Shown one piece after another: positions 35,801 to 44,197 of a stretch of 64,000 nt of DNA (the first letter of the stretch is position 1; each line of letters begins with the position of its first letter). This stretch comes from an uncultured Eubacteriales bacterium. Its GTDB lineage: Bacteria; Bacillota; Clostridia; Oscillospirales; Oscillospiraceae. The DNA lies in NCBI GenBank assembly GCA_900319465.1, contig ONOL01000001.1, positions 32,843 through 96,842 of the forward strand, in the 5' to 3' direction. A program made the translations under genes and the position numbers. The notes below the pieces were generated by a model, which ran no database searches, was not told where the DNA came from, and saw nothing but the letters and a program-made list of their open reading frames with translations.

Positions 35801-36214
35801 GTGCTGGACGATCCCGCGTTGATGGAGGCCTGGGAGAAGGGCGAGGACAAGCGCTACATCCCGGTCAAATTCAAAAACGGCAAGGCCGGGGCGGATGGCG
35901 TCGCCTCCCTGGAGCGGCTGGGCGAGCTCGCCGGACACATCCGCAAGACGCTGGGCGGCATGGCCGAGGCCCTGAGCCGCGGCAGCGTCGCCGCCGACCC
36001 CTACTACCGCAGCCAGCAGGAGAACGCCTGCCTCAACTGCGAATACTTCGACGCCTGCCATTTTGCCGACGGCGAAAACGGCGAGCACATCCGCTATCTG
36101 CCGAAATACAGCGACAAGCAGGTCTGGGGCATGCTCGAGGAGCAGCGCCTCGACCGGCAGGACGGGGAGGCTCCCGCGGAAGAAGCCCGCCGGAGCGCAC
36201 AAACGCACCTTTGA
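32831..36214 (+). CDS. addB: ATP-dependent helicase/nuclease AddAB, subunit B
   Basis: 1127 aa from the ATG after GGGAGG: MLRLLIGKAGSGKTAAV (Walker A). The C-terminal RecB-type nuclease has Fe-S cluster cysteines (...FASCRFAYFCQYGL ... CLNCEYFDAC). Confidence 0.9.
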   Translation: MLRLLIGKAGSGKTAAVIGEIRRAVQAGRGGSMLLVPEQYSHEAERELCRACGDSLSLYAEVFSFTGLARRVLQQQGGAAVPWLDKGGRLLCMALALEQVGSRLRVYDEARRRSELQAMLLAAVDECKSACVTPEMLEEAAAGCDDSLGDKLSDLALIQSAYDAIAANGRADPSDRLSVLAEKIASSDLGPANRVYVDGFIDFTRQEQAVLTALLQKGVELTVCMTVDEPEGENEIFALSRISCRRLLDAARELGVPSRTETLRGASKPDVLRFFSDHMFSWSPARWEGSEPPVYLAAAESISAECEYAAARILALVRNDGFRWRDLAVAVRGFEAYRGTLESVFRHYGIPLFTAQRSELLQKPLPALIALAYEILESGWDVDDLISYLRTGLTGLSLEECDELSDYIYKWQLRAGAWERVGAWRQHPDGYGAPYDEAAEEALRRLNALRERLRAPLLHLRERGLAAETAEGQAAALAAFLEELRLPEQLERRSQALEANGQQALAAEYRQLWELTVSALEQAAAILGESAMDMWDFGRLFLRMLSQYDVGIIPVSLDRVSAGDFDRMRRRTIRHLFVLGCSDDRLPLAGEENRVFTGEERERLLQMNIDLGGGDGELWREFSLIYHCLTLPDRGLHLSYPVTGADGEALRPSLVFSRAEALFSLSVESAAASQLRLAAEAPALTLAASALHGARGAAQAAAAYFRETQPERFARIEQAAAMRRGRLSPEAVRALYGSRLRLSASRIDKFASCRFAYFCQYGLQAKKYEPAGFTPPEIGTFMHYVLEHVARAAAARGGFAALSDEELHALTEDTVAAYVHGELNDFKEKSSRFLHLFRRLTRDVHRVVDDMAGELRRSDFVPLDFELDFSRAQDIRPVELGRGEAAVTLTGIADRVDGWVHGDKLYLRVVDYKTGVKKFSLSDVWYGMGLQMLLYLFALENDGAGRYGREIVPAGVMYVPARSVLLPMDADADDEHVEKERRSLLRRSGLVLDDPALMEAWEKGEDKRYIPVKFKNGKAGADGVASLERLGELAGHIRKTLGGMAEALSRGSVAADPYYRSQQENACLNCEYFDACHFADGENGEHIRYLPKYSDKQVWGMLEEQRLDRQDGEAPAEEARRSAQTHL

Positions 36215-36226
36215 GGATCGTATGCC

Positions 36227-39200
36227 ATGTCTGATTTTACGCCCACAAGTTCACAGGCCGCCGCCATCGAGCGCCGGGGCGGCGCCACGCTCGTCTCCGC
36301 GGGCGCGGGCAGCGGCAAGACCAAGGTGCTCATCGAACGGCTCATGCGCTACGTCCGGGACGAGGCGCACCCGACAGACCTCGACAGCTTCCTCATCATC
36401 ACCTTCACGAAGGCCGCCGCCGGAGAACTGCGCGGCCGCATCACCGGGGAGCTGAGCCAGGCGCTCGCCCTCGATCCGGGCAGCCGCCGCCTGCGCAGGC
36501 AGAGCGCGCTCGTGCGCCGCGCGCGGATCGGCACGATCCACAGCTTCTGCGCCGCGCTCCTGCGCGAAAACGCCCACCGCGCCGGACTGAGCCCGGACTT
36601 CCGGATCGCCGACGAGGAGCGCGCCGCCGCCATGAAGGCCGCCGCGCTGGAACGCACGCTCGAGCGCTGCTACGAGAAGCAGGAGGAGCTGCCGGGCTTT
36701 GCGCTGCTGGCGGACACCGTGGGCGCCGGGCGGGACGACCGGAGGCTCGCGGAGCTGACGCTGACGCTCTATGACAAGATGCAGTGCCACGCCCGGCCCG
36801 AGCGCTGGGCGGCAGAACAGGTGGCGCTGCTGCGCGAGCGCGCCGGCGACGTGGGCGAGACGCCCTGGGGCCGCGAGATCCTGGCGCGCGCCGCAGAGAA
36901 GCTCGACTACTGGTGCGCCGAGTTCGACCGGCTGACGCCCCTCGTCACGCAGGACGAGAAGATCCGCAAGGCCTATTCCCCCAGCTTTGACGAGACGGCG
37001 ACGGCGCTGCGCGCGCTGCGCCGCGCGCTCGACCGGGGCTGGGACGCGGCGCGCGAGGCGCTGCCGATCCCCTTCCCGGCGCTCGGCAAGCTCCTCAAAT
37101 ACGGCGATCCCGCCACCGCTGACTTCGTCAAGGATCGGCGGGCAGTCTGTCGGAAGGCCATGGATGGGCTCGCGGCCACCTTCGCCTCTCCTTCCGCGCG
37201 CCTGCTTGCCGACATGGCGGCCACCGAGCCCGCCATGAGCGCCCTGCTGCGCCTGGTGCTGGACTTTGAAAAGGAGTACGCCCGCGACAAGCGCCGCCTG
37301 AACCTCGTGGACTACGCCGATCTGGAGCACATGGCCGCCCGCCTCCTCACCGGGGAGGACGGCAGCCCCACGGAGCTGGCCCGGCGCTTCGCCGAACGCT
37401 GCACCGAGATCATGGTGGACGAGTACCAGGACGTGAGCCGGGTGCAGGACGCCATCTTCCGCGCCGTCTCCAGGGACGGGAAAAACCTCTTCCTCGTGGG
37501 GGACGTGAAGCAGTCCATTTACCGCTTCCGTCTGGCCGATCCCACGATCTTCACCGAAAAATACGAGAATTACGCCGACGACCCCGCCCCGGGCGAGCCG
37601 GGGCGCATCCTGCTGCGGGAAAATTTCCGCTCCCGCCGGGAGGTGCTGGACGCTGCGAACGCGGTGTTCTCCCTGTGTATGTCCCGCGCGCTCGGCGACG
37701 TCGATTACGACGAGGCCGCCGCGCTGCGCTGCGGCGCGAGCTACCCCGGCGCGGGCGCCGTGCCGGAGCTGACGCTTCTGCGCCTGCCGCAGGGCGGCGA
37801 CGACGAGGAGAGCCCCGACAAGACCGCCGCGGAGGCGGCCTATGTTGCCCGGCAGATCCGCCGTCTGGTGGACTCCGGCGCCGAGGTGACGGAGCGCGGC
37901 GCCTCCCGCCCGATCCGCTACGGAGATATCGCGATCCTGCTGCGCTCGGTGAACAACGTCGGCGCGGTCTACCGCCGGGAGCTCGCGCGCGCGGGTGTGC
38001 CCGTGGGAAGCGGGCAGGGCGGCGGCTTTTACAGCAGCGTGGAGGTCTCCTCCCTGCTGAGCATGCTCGCCGTGGTGGACAACCCCCACCAGGACATCCC
38101 GCTGATCGCGGTGCTGCGCTCGCCCGCCTTCGGCTTTTCGCCGAGCGAGCTGGCCCGCGTCCGCGCCCGCGCTAAAGTCGGCGGGCTGTACGGCGCGCTG
38201 CTGCTCGACGCGCGGGAGGAGGAGAAGAGCCGCGCCTTCGTCGCGCTGCTCGAGCGGCTGCGGCAGGAAGCGCCGGATCTGCCCGCAAGCGAGCTCACCT
38301 GGCGCATCATCGAGGAGATGGATCTGATCGCCGTCTGCTCGGCCATGTCCGACGGCGGCCTCCGCCGCGCCCGGCTGATGGCCATGGTGGAGCTCTCCGA
38401 GCGCTTCGAGGCGACCGGCTACCGCGGGCTGCACCGCTACGTGCTCTGGCTGCGCCGGCTGGCGGACAGGGGGCAGGAGCCCGCCCTCGGCTCCGACGGC
38501 GCCGCCGCCGTGCAGATCCTCTCCGTCCATAAATCCAAAGGCCTGGAATTCCCCGTGGTCTTTCTCTGCGACACCGCCCGGCAGTTCAACCGCCGGGACA
38601 GCGCCGCCGCCGTGCTGGTGCACCCGGCGCTCGGGCTCGGGCCCAAGCGCACCGACCTGGAGCGCCGGATCGAGTATCCCACCCTCGCCCGCAGCGCGAT
38701 CAAGCTGCGCCTCGAACGGGAGATGCTCTCGGAGGAGCTGCGGCTGCTGTATGTCGCGATGACCCGCGCCAGAGAGCGGCTGTATCTGACGGCCGCCCTG
38801 AAAGACCCGGAAAAGGCCGTCGAGAGCGCCCGGCTCACGCTGAGCGTGCCGATGGCGGTGGAGGCGCTGGCGAAGGCCAGAGCCCCGGCAGACTGGCTGC
38901 TCGCCGCGGCGCTGGCCGACGGCGGCGAGCACCTGCGTCTTCGCATCGCCGAGGCGGAGGCCGGGACCGGCGAAGCGGAAGCCGAGGCGGAAACGGGCGA
39001 AGACGGCGGGGCCCCGGCAGATGAGCTGCGGCACAACCTCGCCTTCCGCTACCCCCACGCCGCCGCCGAGACGCTGCCCTCCAAGATCACGGCCACCGAG
39101 CTCAAGGGCCGTCTGGAGCCGGACGAGGAGGCCGAAAGCCTTGCGCCGAAGCGCCGCCGCCCCTTCCGTACGCCCGATTTCCGCCGGGGCGAAAAGCCCC

Positions 39201-39718
39201 TGACCGGCGCCGAAAAAGGCACCGCCACGCACCTCGTGCTCCAGTATATGGACTTCTCCCAAACCGGCAGCCTCGCGCAGATCCGCGGGGAGATCGAGCG
39301 GCTGCGCGCCGCACGCACGCTCAGCGACCGGGAGGCGGAGGCCGTGGACGCGGAGGCCATCCGCACCCTCTTCGCCTCCGCACTCGGGCGGCGCATGCTC
39401 TCCGCCCCCACGCTGCGGCGGGAGTTCAAGTTCTCCCTGCTCATCGACGCCGGGGAGCTGCTCGGCACGGAGCCCGGGGAGGAGCTGCTGCTGCAGGGCG
39501 TGGTGGACTGCTTCCTCGAGGAGGAGGGGCAGCTCACGATCATCGACTACAAGACCGACCGGCTCCGTAGCCGTTCGGAGGCGGAGGCGCGCGCGGCGCT
39601 CTACGCCCCCCAGCTTCGCGCCTACGCCGCCGCGCTCACGAGGATCTGCCGCAAGAGCGTGCGCGAATGCGCGCTCTATTTCCTCTCCGTGGGCGAGACC
39701 GTGATCGTGAAGCTCTAA
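36227..39718 (+). CDS. addA: ATP-dependent helicase/nuclease AddAB, subunit A (UvrD/Rep family)
   Basis: 1163 aa: SAGAGSGKTKVL, VDEYQDVS, the UvrD helicase motifs, and a C-terminal RecB nuclease (GVVDCFLEEEGQLTIIDYKTD). Confidence 0.9.
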   Translation: MSDFTPTSSQAAAIERRGGATLVSAGAGSGKTKVLIERLMRYVRDEAHPTDLDSFLIITFTKAAAGELRGRITGELSQALALDPGSRRLRRQSALVRRARIGTIHSFCAALLRENAHRAGLSPDFRIADEERAAAMKAAALERTLERCYEKQEELPGFALLADTVGAGRDDRRLAELTLTLYDKMQCHARPERWAAEQVALLRERAGDVGETPWGREILARAAEKLDYWCAEFDRLTPLVTQDEKIRKAYSPSFDETATALRALRRALDRGWDAAREALPIPFPALGKLLKYGDPATADFVKDRRAVCRKAMDGLAATFASPSARLLADMAATEPAMSALLRLVLDFEKEYARDKRRLNLVDYADLEHMAARLLTGEDGSPTELARRFAERCTEIMVDEYQDVSRVQDAIFRAVSRDGKNLFLVGDVKQSIYRFRLADPTIFTEKYENYADDPAPGEPGRILLRENFRSRREVLDAANAVFSLCMSRALGDVDYDEAAALRCGASYPGAGAVPELTLLRLPQGGDDEESPDKTAAEAAYVARQIRRLVDSGAEVTERGASRPIRYGDIAILLRSVNNVGAVYRRELARAGVPVGSGQGGGFYSSVEVSSLLSMLAVVDNPHQDIPLIAVLRSPAFGFSPSELARVRARAKVGGLYGALLLDAREEEKSRAFVALLERLRQEAPDLPASELTWRIIEEMDLIAVCSAMSDGGLRRARLMAMVELSERFEATGYRGLHRYVLWLRRLADRGQEPALGSDGAAAVQILSVHKSKGLEFPVVFLCDTARQFNRRDSAAAVLVHPALGLGPKRTDLERRIEYPTLARSAIKLRLEREMLSEELRLLYVAMTRARERLYLTAALKDPEKAVESARLTLSVPMAVEALAKARAPADWLLAAALADGGEHLRLRIAEAEAGTGEAEAEAETGEDGGAPADELRHNLAFRYPHAAAETLPSKITATELKGRLEPDEEAESLAPKRRRPFRTPDFRRGEKPLTGAEKGTATHLVLQYMDFSQTGSLAQIRGEIERLRAARTLSDREAEAVDAEAIRTLFASALGRRMLSAPTLRREFKFSLLIDAGELLGTEPGEELLLQGVVDCFLEEEGQLTIIDYKTDRLRSRSEAEARAALYAPQLRAYAAALTRICRKSVRECALYFLSVGETVIVKL

Positions 39719-39735
39719 GCTCCCGCCGATTTCCC

Positions 39736-39773
39736 GCACAAATCGCACAAACGCACAAATCGCGCACAAATCG
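39736..39773. repeat. four tandem copies of GCACAAA(T)C
   Basis: GCACAAATC GCACAAAC GCACAAATC GCGCACAAATC, immediately upstream of the rpmE -35 element. Confidence 0.7.
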
Positions 39774-39784
39774 GAAAGAAATGC

Positions 39785-39813
39785 TTGCAATCCGGAAACG
39801 GCTGTGCTATACT
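39785..39813 (+). promoter_or_regulatory. sigma-A-type promoter for rpmE
   Basis: TTGCAA, 17 nt, TATACT with a TGc extended -10. Confidence 0.5.
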
Positions 39814-39889
39814 TCGCTTTGCGCCATGTAACTATGCCTGCTCGCGAGGGCACAATCATGGCAGCCTTTGATGAGGAGCGTACGCAAAA

Positions 39890-40090
39890 ATGAAAGCAGG
39901 GATCCATCCCAACTACAAGCCGACCACCATTCGCTGCGCCTGCGGCAATGTGATCGAGACCGGTTCCACCAAGCAGAACATCACCGTTGAGATCTGCTCC
40001 AAGTGCCACCCCTTCTACACCGGCAAGCAGAAGCTGGTCGACACCAGCGGCCGCGTGGACAAGTTCAACAAGAAGTACGGCATCAAGTAA
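39890..40090 (+). CDS. rpmE: 50S ribosomal protein L31 (Cys-containing, zinc-binding type)
   Basis: 66 aa: [48 protein letters not shown]. Confidence 0.95.
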   Translation: MKAGIHPNYKPTTIRCACGNVIETGSTKQNITVEICSKCHPFYTGKQKLVDTSGRVDKFNKKYGIK

Positions 40091-40110
40091 TCGGCCTGAT
40101 CGGCGATACA

Positions 40111-40147
40111 AAAACACCCGCCTCGTGGGAGGCGGGTGTTTTTGGTT
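40111..40147 (+). terminator. rho-independent terminator of rpmE
   Basis: AAAA-CACCCGCCTC-GTGG-GAGGCGGGTG-TTTTTGGTTTT. Confidence 0.8.
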
Positions 40148-40230
40148 TTCCGAGGGCGCCGTTTCGGGGCGCGGCAAAGGGACGGCTCCCGTTCCTTCGC
40201 CGCGTCGCTCTCCGAAAGGACGGCGGGCGT

Positions 40231-41217
40231 TCAGCGTTCCTCCCGGAAATACGCGAGACCCAGGGAGGCGGGCGGCTGGTTTTCGCGCTTGTTGCGCATG
40301 GAGGAGAGCACCAGCACGATGATCGTCACCAAATAGGGGATCATCTTGTACAGCTCCTTGACGGCAAGGTTCATGCCCGAGGGGATGAAGATATGCAGGA
40401 TATACAGACCGCCGAAGAGGAAGGACGCGAGCACGCCCACGTTCGGCCGCCAGACCGTGAAGATCACCAGCGCGATCGCGAGCCAGCCGCGGTCGCCGAA
40501 GGAGTCGTTGGTCCAAATGCCCTTGGTATAGTCCATGACATAGTACAAACCGCCGAGTCCGGCGATCATCGCGCCGGAGCAGGTCGCGACATACTTGTAC
40601 CGGGAAACGTTGATTCCGGCGGCGTCTGCGGTATTCGGGCTCTCGCCCACGGCGCGCAGGTGCAGTCCGACGCGCGTACGGCGCAGCAGGAAGGCCGCGC
40701 TGAGCGCGAGGATCACCGCGAGGTACACGAGAAAACCGTAGGAGAAGAAGAGCTTGCCGAGGACGCCCAGCTTTTCGCCCCAAGCCGGGGTCGCGCTGAA
40801 AAAGGCGCTGGTCTTGGACAGAACGATGGCGGGGACGGGGAGGCCGGAGAGCTTGATGAGCGAGCCGCCGAAGAAGTTGCCGATGCCGACGCCGAAGGTG
40901 GTCAGCGCAAGGCCGGAGACGTTCTGGTTGGCGCGCAGCGTCACGGTCAAAAAGCAGTAGATGAGCCCCATCAGCAGCGATCCGGCCAGAGAGCAGCCGA
41001 GCGGGATCAGAACGGCCAGAAGGGCGTTCATTTCCGCGGCCGTCTGTTCGTAGAAGAACGCGCCGATCACGCCGCTGATCGCGCCGACGTACATGATGCC
41101 GGGAATGCCGAGGTTCAGGTTGCCCGATTTCTCGGTGAGGGTCTCGCCGGTGCTGCCCAGAAGCAGGGGCGTGCCCTGTACGATGGCGCGGGGGATAAAG
41201 CCCAGAAAATCAAACAC
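40231..41217 (-). CDS. BMP-type nucleoside ABC transporter permease 2 (NupQ/RnsD-like)
   Basis: Polytopic protein. I prefer the GTG at 41217 (VFDFLGFIP...) because AAGGAGGGG lies 6 nt upstream. The track ATG at 41244 has no RBS. Confidence 0.8.
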   Translation of the reverse strand: MFDFLGFIPRAIVQGTPLLLGSTGETLTEKSGNLNLGIPGIMYVGAISGVIGAFFYEQTAAEMNALLAVLIPLGCSLAGSLLMGLIYCFLTVTLRANQNVSGLALTTFGVGIGNFFGGSLIKLSGLPVPAIVLSKTSAFFSATPAWGEKLGVLGKLFFSYGFLVYLAVILALSAAFLLRRTRVGLHLRAVGESPNTADAAGINVSRYKYVATCSGAMIAGLGGLYYVMDYTKGIWTNDSFGDRGWLAIALVIFTVWRPNVGVLASFLFGGLYILHIFIPSGMNLAVKELYKMIPYLVTIIVLVLSSMRNKRENQPPASLGLAYFREER

Positions 41218-42322
41218 GGTTCGCCCCTCCTTTCTCAGAAGCATGACGGAACTGAAGCTGATAATTGATGAAGAACTCGCTGCCGATGATAAAGAAGAGG
41301 ATGATGCCGGTCAGGATATCGGAGAAGGAGGCGTTGAGGCCGAAGTCGGTCGCGACCTGGCCGGAACCGCGCTGCAGGAAAACGATCAGAAAGCTCGTCA
41401 GCACCATCCACACGGGGTTGAATTTGGCAAGCCAGGAGACCATGACGGCGGTGAAGCCGCGCCCGTCGGTGATCGTTGTGGTCAGGGTGTGGTTTGTGCC
41501 GGCGACGAGCAGCATACCGGCCAATCCGCAGAGCGCGCCGGAGAGCAGCATCGTGCGGATGATGACCTTTCCAACCTTGATGCCGACATAGCGGGCGGTG
41601 CGCTCGGATTCGCCGACGACGGCGATCTCATAGCCGTGCTTGGAGTAGTTGAGGTAGAGATACATCGCGACGGTCAGCACCGCGACGATAAGGATGTTCA
41701 GCAGATACTTGGACGGCCCGACCTGGGGCAGCCAGCCTGCGTTTGAGCTCTGGTTGATGATGCCGATGGTGCCGGAGCCCTTCGGGGATTCCCAGATGAT
41801 GACGTAGTAGGCCACGAGCTGGGTGGCGACGTAGTTCATCATCAGGGTAAACAGGGTCTCGTTGGTGTTCCATTTGGCCTTGAAGACGGCGGGGATCAGG
41901 CCCCAGATCGCGCCGGCCGCCACGCTTGCGAAGGTGACGACGACGATCAGCAGCCAGTTCGGGAGCTTGTCGCCGAGCAGGATCATGCAGGCGGCCGTGG
42001 CGAGGCAGCCGGCGAGCATCTGCCCGTCGCCGCCGAGGTTCCAGCAGCGCATCCGGAAGGCGGGGGTGATGGCAAGCGACACGCACAGCAGCATCGCGAT
42101 GTTCTGGCAGAGCATCCAGATCCGGCGGGAGGTGCCGAAGGAGCCCTCAAAGATCGTGACGTAGATCTTGAGCGGGTTTTCGCCGGTCATCATCGTGGTG
42201 ACCAGCGCGCAGGCCAGCAGCGCCAGCACCAACGCCGCGCCGCGGATCGCCCAGGCCCGATACCAGGGCAGGGCCGCGCGTTTGGAAACATGAAACAGGG
42301 GGTTATGCGTTTTGTTATTCAT
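41210..42322 (-). CDS. BMP-type nucleoside ABC transporter permease 1 (NupP/RnsC-like)
   Basis: 370 aa polytopic protein with a GGGAGGGAAAG RBS. It overlaps the ATPase stop by 8 nt. Confidence 0.85.
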   Translation of the reverse strand: MNNKTHNPLFHVSKRAALPWYRAWAIRGAALVLALLACALVTTMMTGENPLKIYVTIFEGSFGTSRRIWMLCQNIAMLLCVSLAITPAFRMRCWNLGGDGQMLAGCLATAACMILLGDKLPNWLLIVVVTFASVAAGAIWGLIPAVFKAKWNTNETLFTLMMNYVATQLVAYYVIIWESPKGSGTIGIINQSSNAGWLPQVGPSKYLLNILIVAVLTVAMYLYLNYSKHGYEIAVVGESERTARYVGIKVGKVIIRTMLLSGALCGLAGMLLVAGTNHTLTTTITDGRGFTAVMVSWLAKFNPVWMVLTSFLIVFLQRGSGQVATDFGLNASFSDILTGIILFFIIGSEFFINYQLQFRHASEKGGANRV

Positions 42323-43844
42323 CGGCTTTCCCTCCCAGTCTCGTCATCATCAGGCCGACCTCGCGCTTCTTTGCGCCGCGGCCGGGCACGATGCCGGAGA
42401 CCTTTCCGCCGCAGAGCACGAGGATGCGGTCCGCCAGCTCCAGCAGCACGTCAAGATCCTCGCCGACATAGATGACGGCGACGCCCGCGGCCTTCTGCTT
42501 GTTGATGAGATCGTAGATCGTATAGGAAGAGTTGATATCCAGCCCGCGCACAGCGTAGGCCGTCAGCAGCACGGTGGGCGCCGAAGCGATCTCACGCCCG
42601 ACGAGCACCTTCTGCACGTTGCCGCCGGACAGGCGGCGCACCGGCGTCGCGACGCTGGGGGTGCTGACTTCCAGATCGCGCACCACAGTCTCGGCGAGCT
42701 TGTGGGGCGATTTGCGGTCGGTGAAGACCGAGCGGCCGCGGCGGAAGGAGCGGAGCATCATATTGTCCGCGAGGTCCATGTTGCCGACCAGGCCCATGCC
42801 GAGGCGGTCCTCCGGCACGAAGGACAGGCTCACGCCCATCTGCTGGATGCTCAGCGGGTCCTTGCCGATGAGCTCCTCCCGGCTGCCGTCGTCCTCGATG
42901 TAGCTGACGGAGCCGCGCTCCACCGGCTGCAGGCCGGCAATGGCTTCCAGAAGCTCCTTCTGTCCGCAGCCGGAGATGCCCGCGATGCCGAGAATCTCAC
43001 CGGAATTGGCGGTAAAGCTCACGTCGTCGAGCTTGAGGATGCCGTCCATGCTGCGCACGGTGAGGCCCTTGACCTCGATGCGCGGCTTGGGGTCGACCGG
43101 CTCGGGGCGGTCGATGTTCAGCGTGACGGCGTGGCCGACCATCATGTTGGTCATTTCCTGGGCGTTGGTCTTTTTTGTCGGCATGTCGCCGATGAACTGG
43201 CCGTGGCGCAGGATCGCCACGCGGTCGCTCAGCGCCTCGACCTCGTGCATCTTGTGGGTGATGATGACGATGGCCTTGCCGTCGTCGCGCATATTGCGCA
43301 GCACGGCGAAGAGCTTTTCGGTCTCCTGCGGGGTGAGGACCGCCGTGGGCTCGTCCAGGATCAGGATGTCCGCACCGCGGTAGAGCACCTTGACGATCTC
43401 CACGGTCTGCTTCTGGGAAACGGACATATCGTAGATCTTCTGGTCGGGATCGACCTCAAAGCCGTAAGCGTCGCAGATCTCGCGGATCTTCCTGGCAGCG
43501 AGCTTGAGATCGAGCTTGCCGGGAAGCCCCAGTACGATGTTCTCGGCGGCGGTGAGCACGTCGACCAGCTTGAAGTGCTGGTGGATCATGCCGATGCCCA
43601 GATCGAAAGCGTCCTTGGGGGAATGGATGACCACGTCCTTCCCGTCGATCTGGATCTCGCCCTCATCGGGGAAATAGATGCCGGAGAGCATGTTCATCAG
43701 CGTGGTCTTGCCGCTGCCGTTCTCGCCGAGCAGGGCGAGGATCTCGCCGCGGTAGATGTTCAGCCAGACCTTGTCGTTGGCGAGGACCGGCCCGAAACGC
43801 TTGGTGATGTCGCGCATGGTAACTGCGGGAATCTTGTTGTCCAA
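42315..43844 (-). CDS. ABC transporter ATP-binding protein with duplicated ATPase domains (NupO/RnsB-like)
   Basis: 509 aa with two NBDs (GENGSGKTT ... ILDEPT; second signature LSGGNVQK). The start is TTG, 7 nt after AGGAGG. An ATG 9 codons downstream is the alternative. Confidence 0.85.
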   Translation of the reverse strand: MDNKIPAVTMRDITKRFGPVLANDKVWLNIYRGEILALLGENGSGKTTLMNMLSGIYFPDEGEIQIDGKDVVIHSPKDAFDLGIGMIHQHFKLVDVLTAAENIVLGLPGKLDLKLAARKIREICDAYGFEVDPDQKIYDMSVSQKQTVEIVKVLYRGADILILDEPTAVLTPQETEKLFAVLRNMRDDGKAIVIITHKMHEVEALSDRVAILRHGQFIGDMPTKKTNAQEMTNMMVGHAVTLNIDRPEPVDPKPRIEVKGLTVRSMDGILKLDDVSFTANSGEILGIAGISGCGQKELLEAIAGLQPVERGSVSYIEDDGSREELIGKDPLSIQQMGVSLSFVPEDRLGMGLVGNMDLADNMMLRSFRRGRSVFTDRKSPHKLAETVVRDLEVSTPSVATPVRRLSGGNVQKVLVGREIASAPTVLLTAYAVRGLDINSSYTIYDLINKQKAAGVAVIYVGEDLDVLLELADRILVLCGGKVSGIVPGRGAKKREVGLMMTRLGGKADE

Positions 43845-43877
43845 AGTCGAAACCTCCTTGGAAAGAGATCAAAAAAG

Positions 43878-43905
43878 TCAATTGCGAAACTCGTTTCGCA
43901 ATTGA
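43878..43905. promoter_or_regulatory. perfect 13-2-13 palindrome (candidate operator or RNA hairpin)
   Basis: TCAATTGCGAAAC-TC-GTTTCGCAATTGA, located 25-30 nt upstream of the ATPase RBS. Confidence 0.4.
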
Positions 43906-44156
43906 GGACTCGCGCTGATCGCAGCGGCTTTAGGCCGCTTTGGTCGGCGCGAGGCCTCGCAGAGCTCGGCTCAGGGTGTTTTTGAGGCGGCAAAGCTGCC
44001 TCAAAAACGATTTGACATGTCCTCCGGGGCGATCATCCGAGCTCGTTCGGGGCTTTCGCAATCGCCTCAAGAGATCAAAATGCTGTAAAAGGAAACGCGG
44101 GGGCGGGATCGTCACCGCGCTGCCTTTTGCAGCATGATGGGGAATATGTTGACAAA

Positions 44157-44186
44157 GGGAAGTCCCGGAGGGGTCCGGGACTTCCC
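44157..44186 (-). terminator. intra-operon hairpin just after the binding-protein gene (partial terminator or stabiliser)
   Basis: GGGAAGTCCCGG-ACCCCT-CCGGGACTTCCC (12-bp stem) followed by TTTGT on the minus strand. Confidence 0.5.
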
Positions 44187-44197
44187 GAAATGTTTTC

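Noticed and set aside
32522-36208. 1228-aa minus-strand ORF opposite addB
   Set aside because: Same GC-shadow artefact. AddB on the plus strand has a Walker A motif and the Fe-S nuclease cysteines.
36251-40783. 1510-aa ORF on the minus strand, the longest in the window
   Set aside because: It runs antisense to addA, rpmE and the permease region. Its composition is Arg/Gly/Ala/Pro-rich, as expected from reading GC3-biased genes backwards, and it has no recognisable motifs. The plus-strand genes have clear helicase/nuclease and ribosomal-protein signatures.
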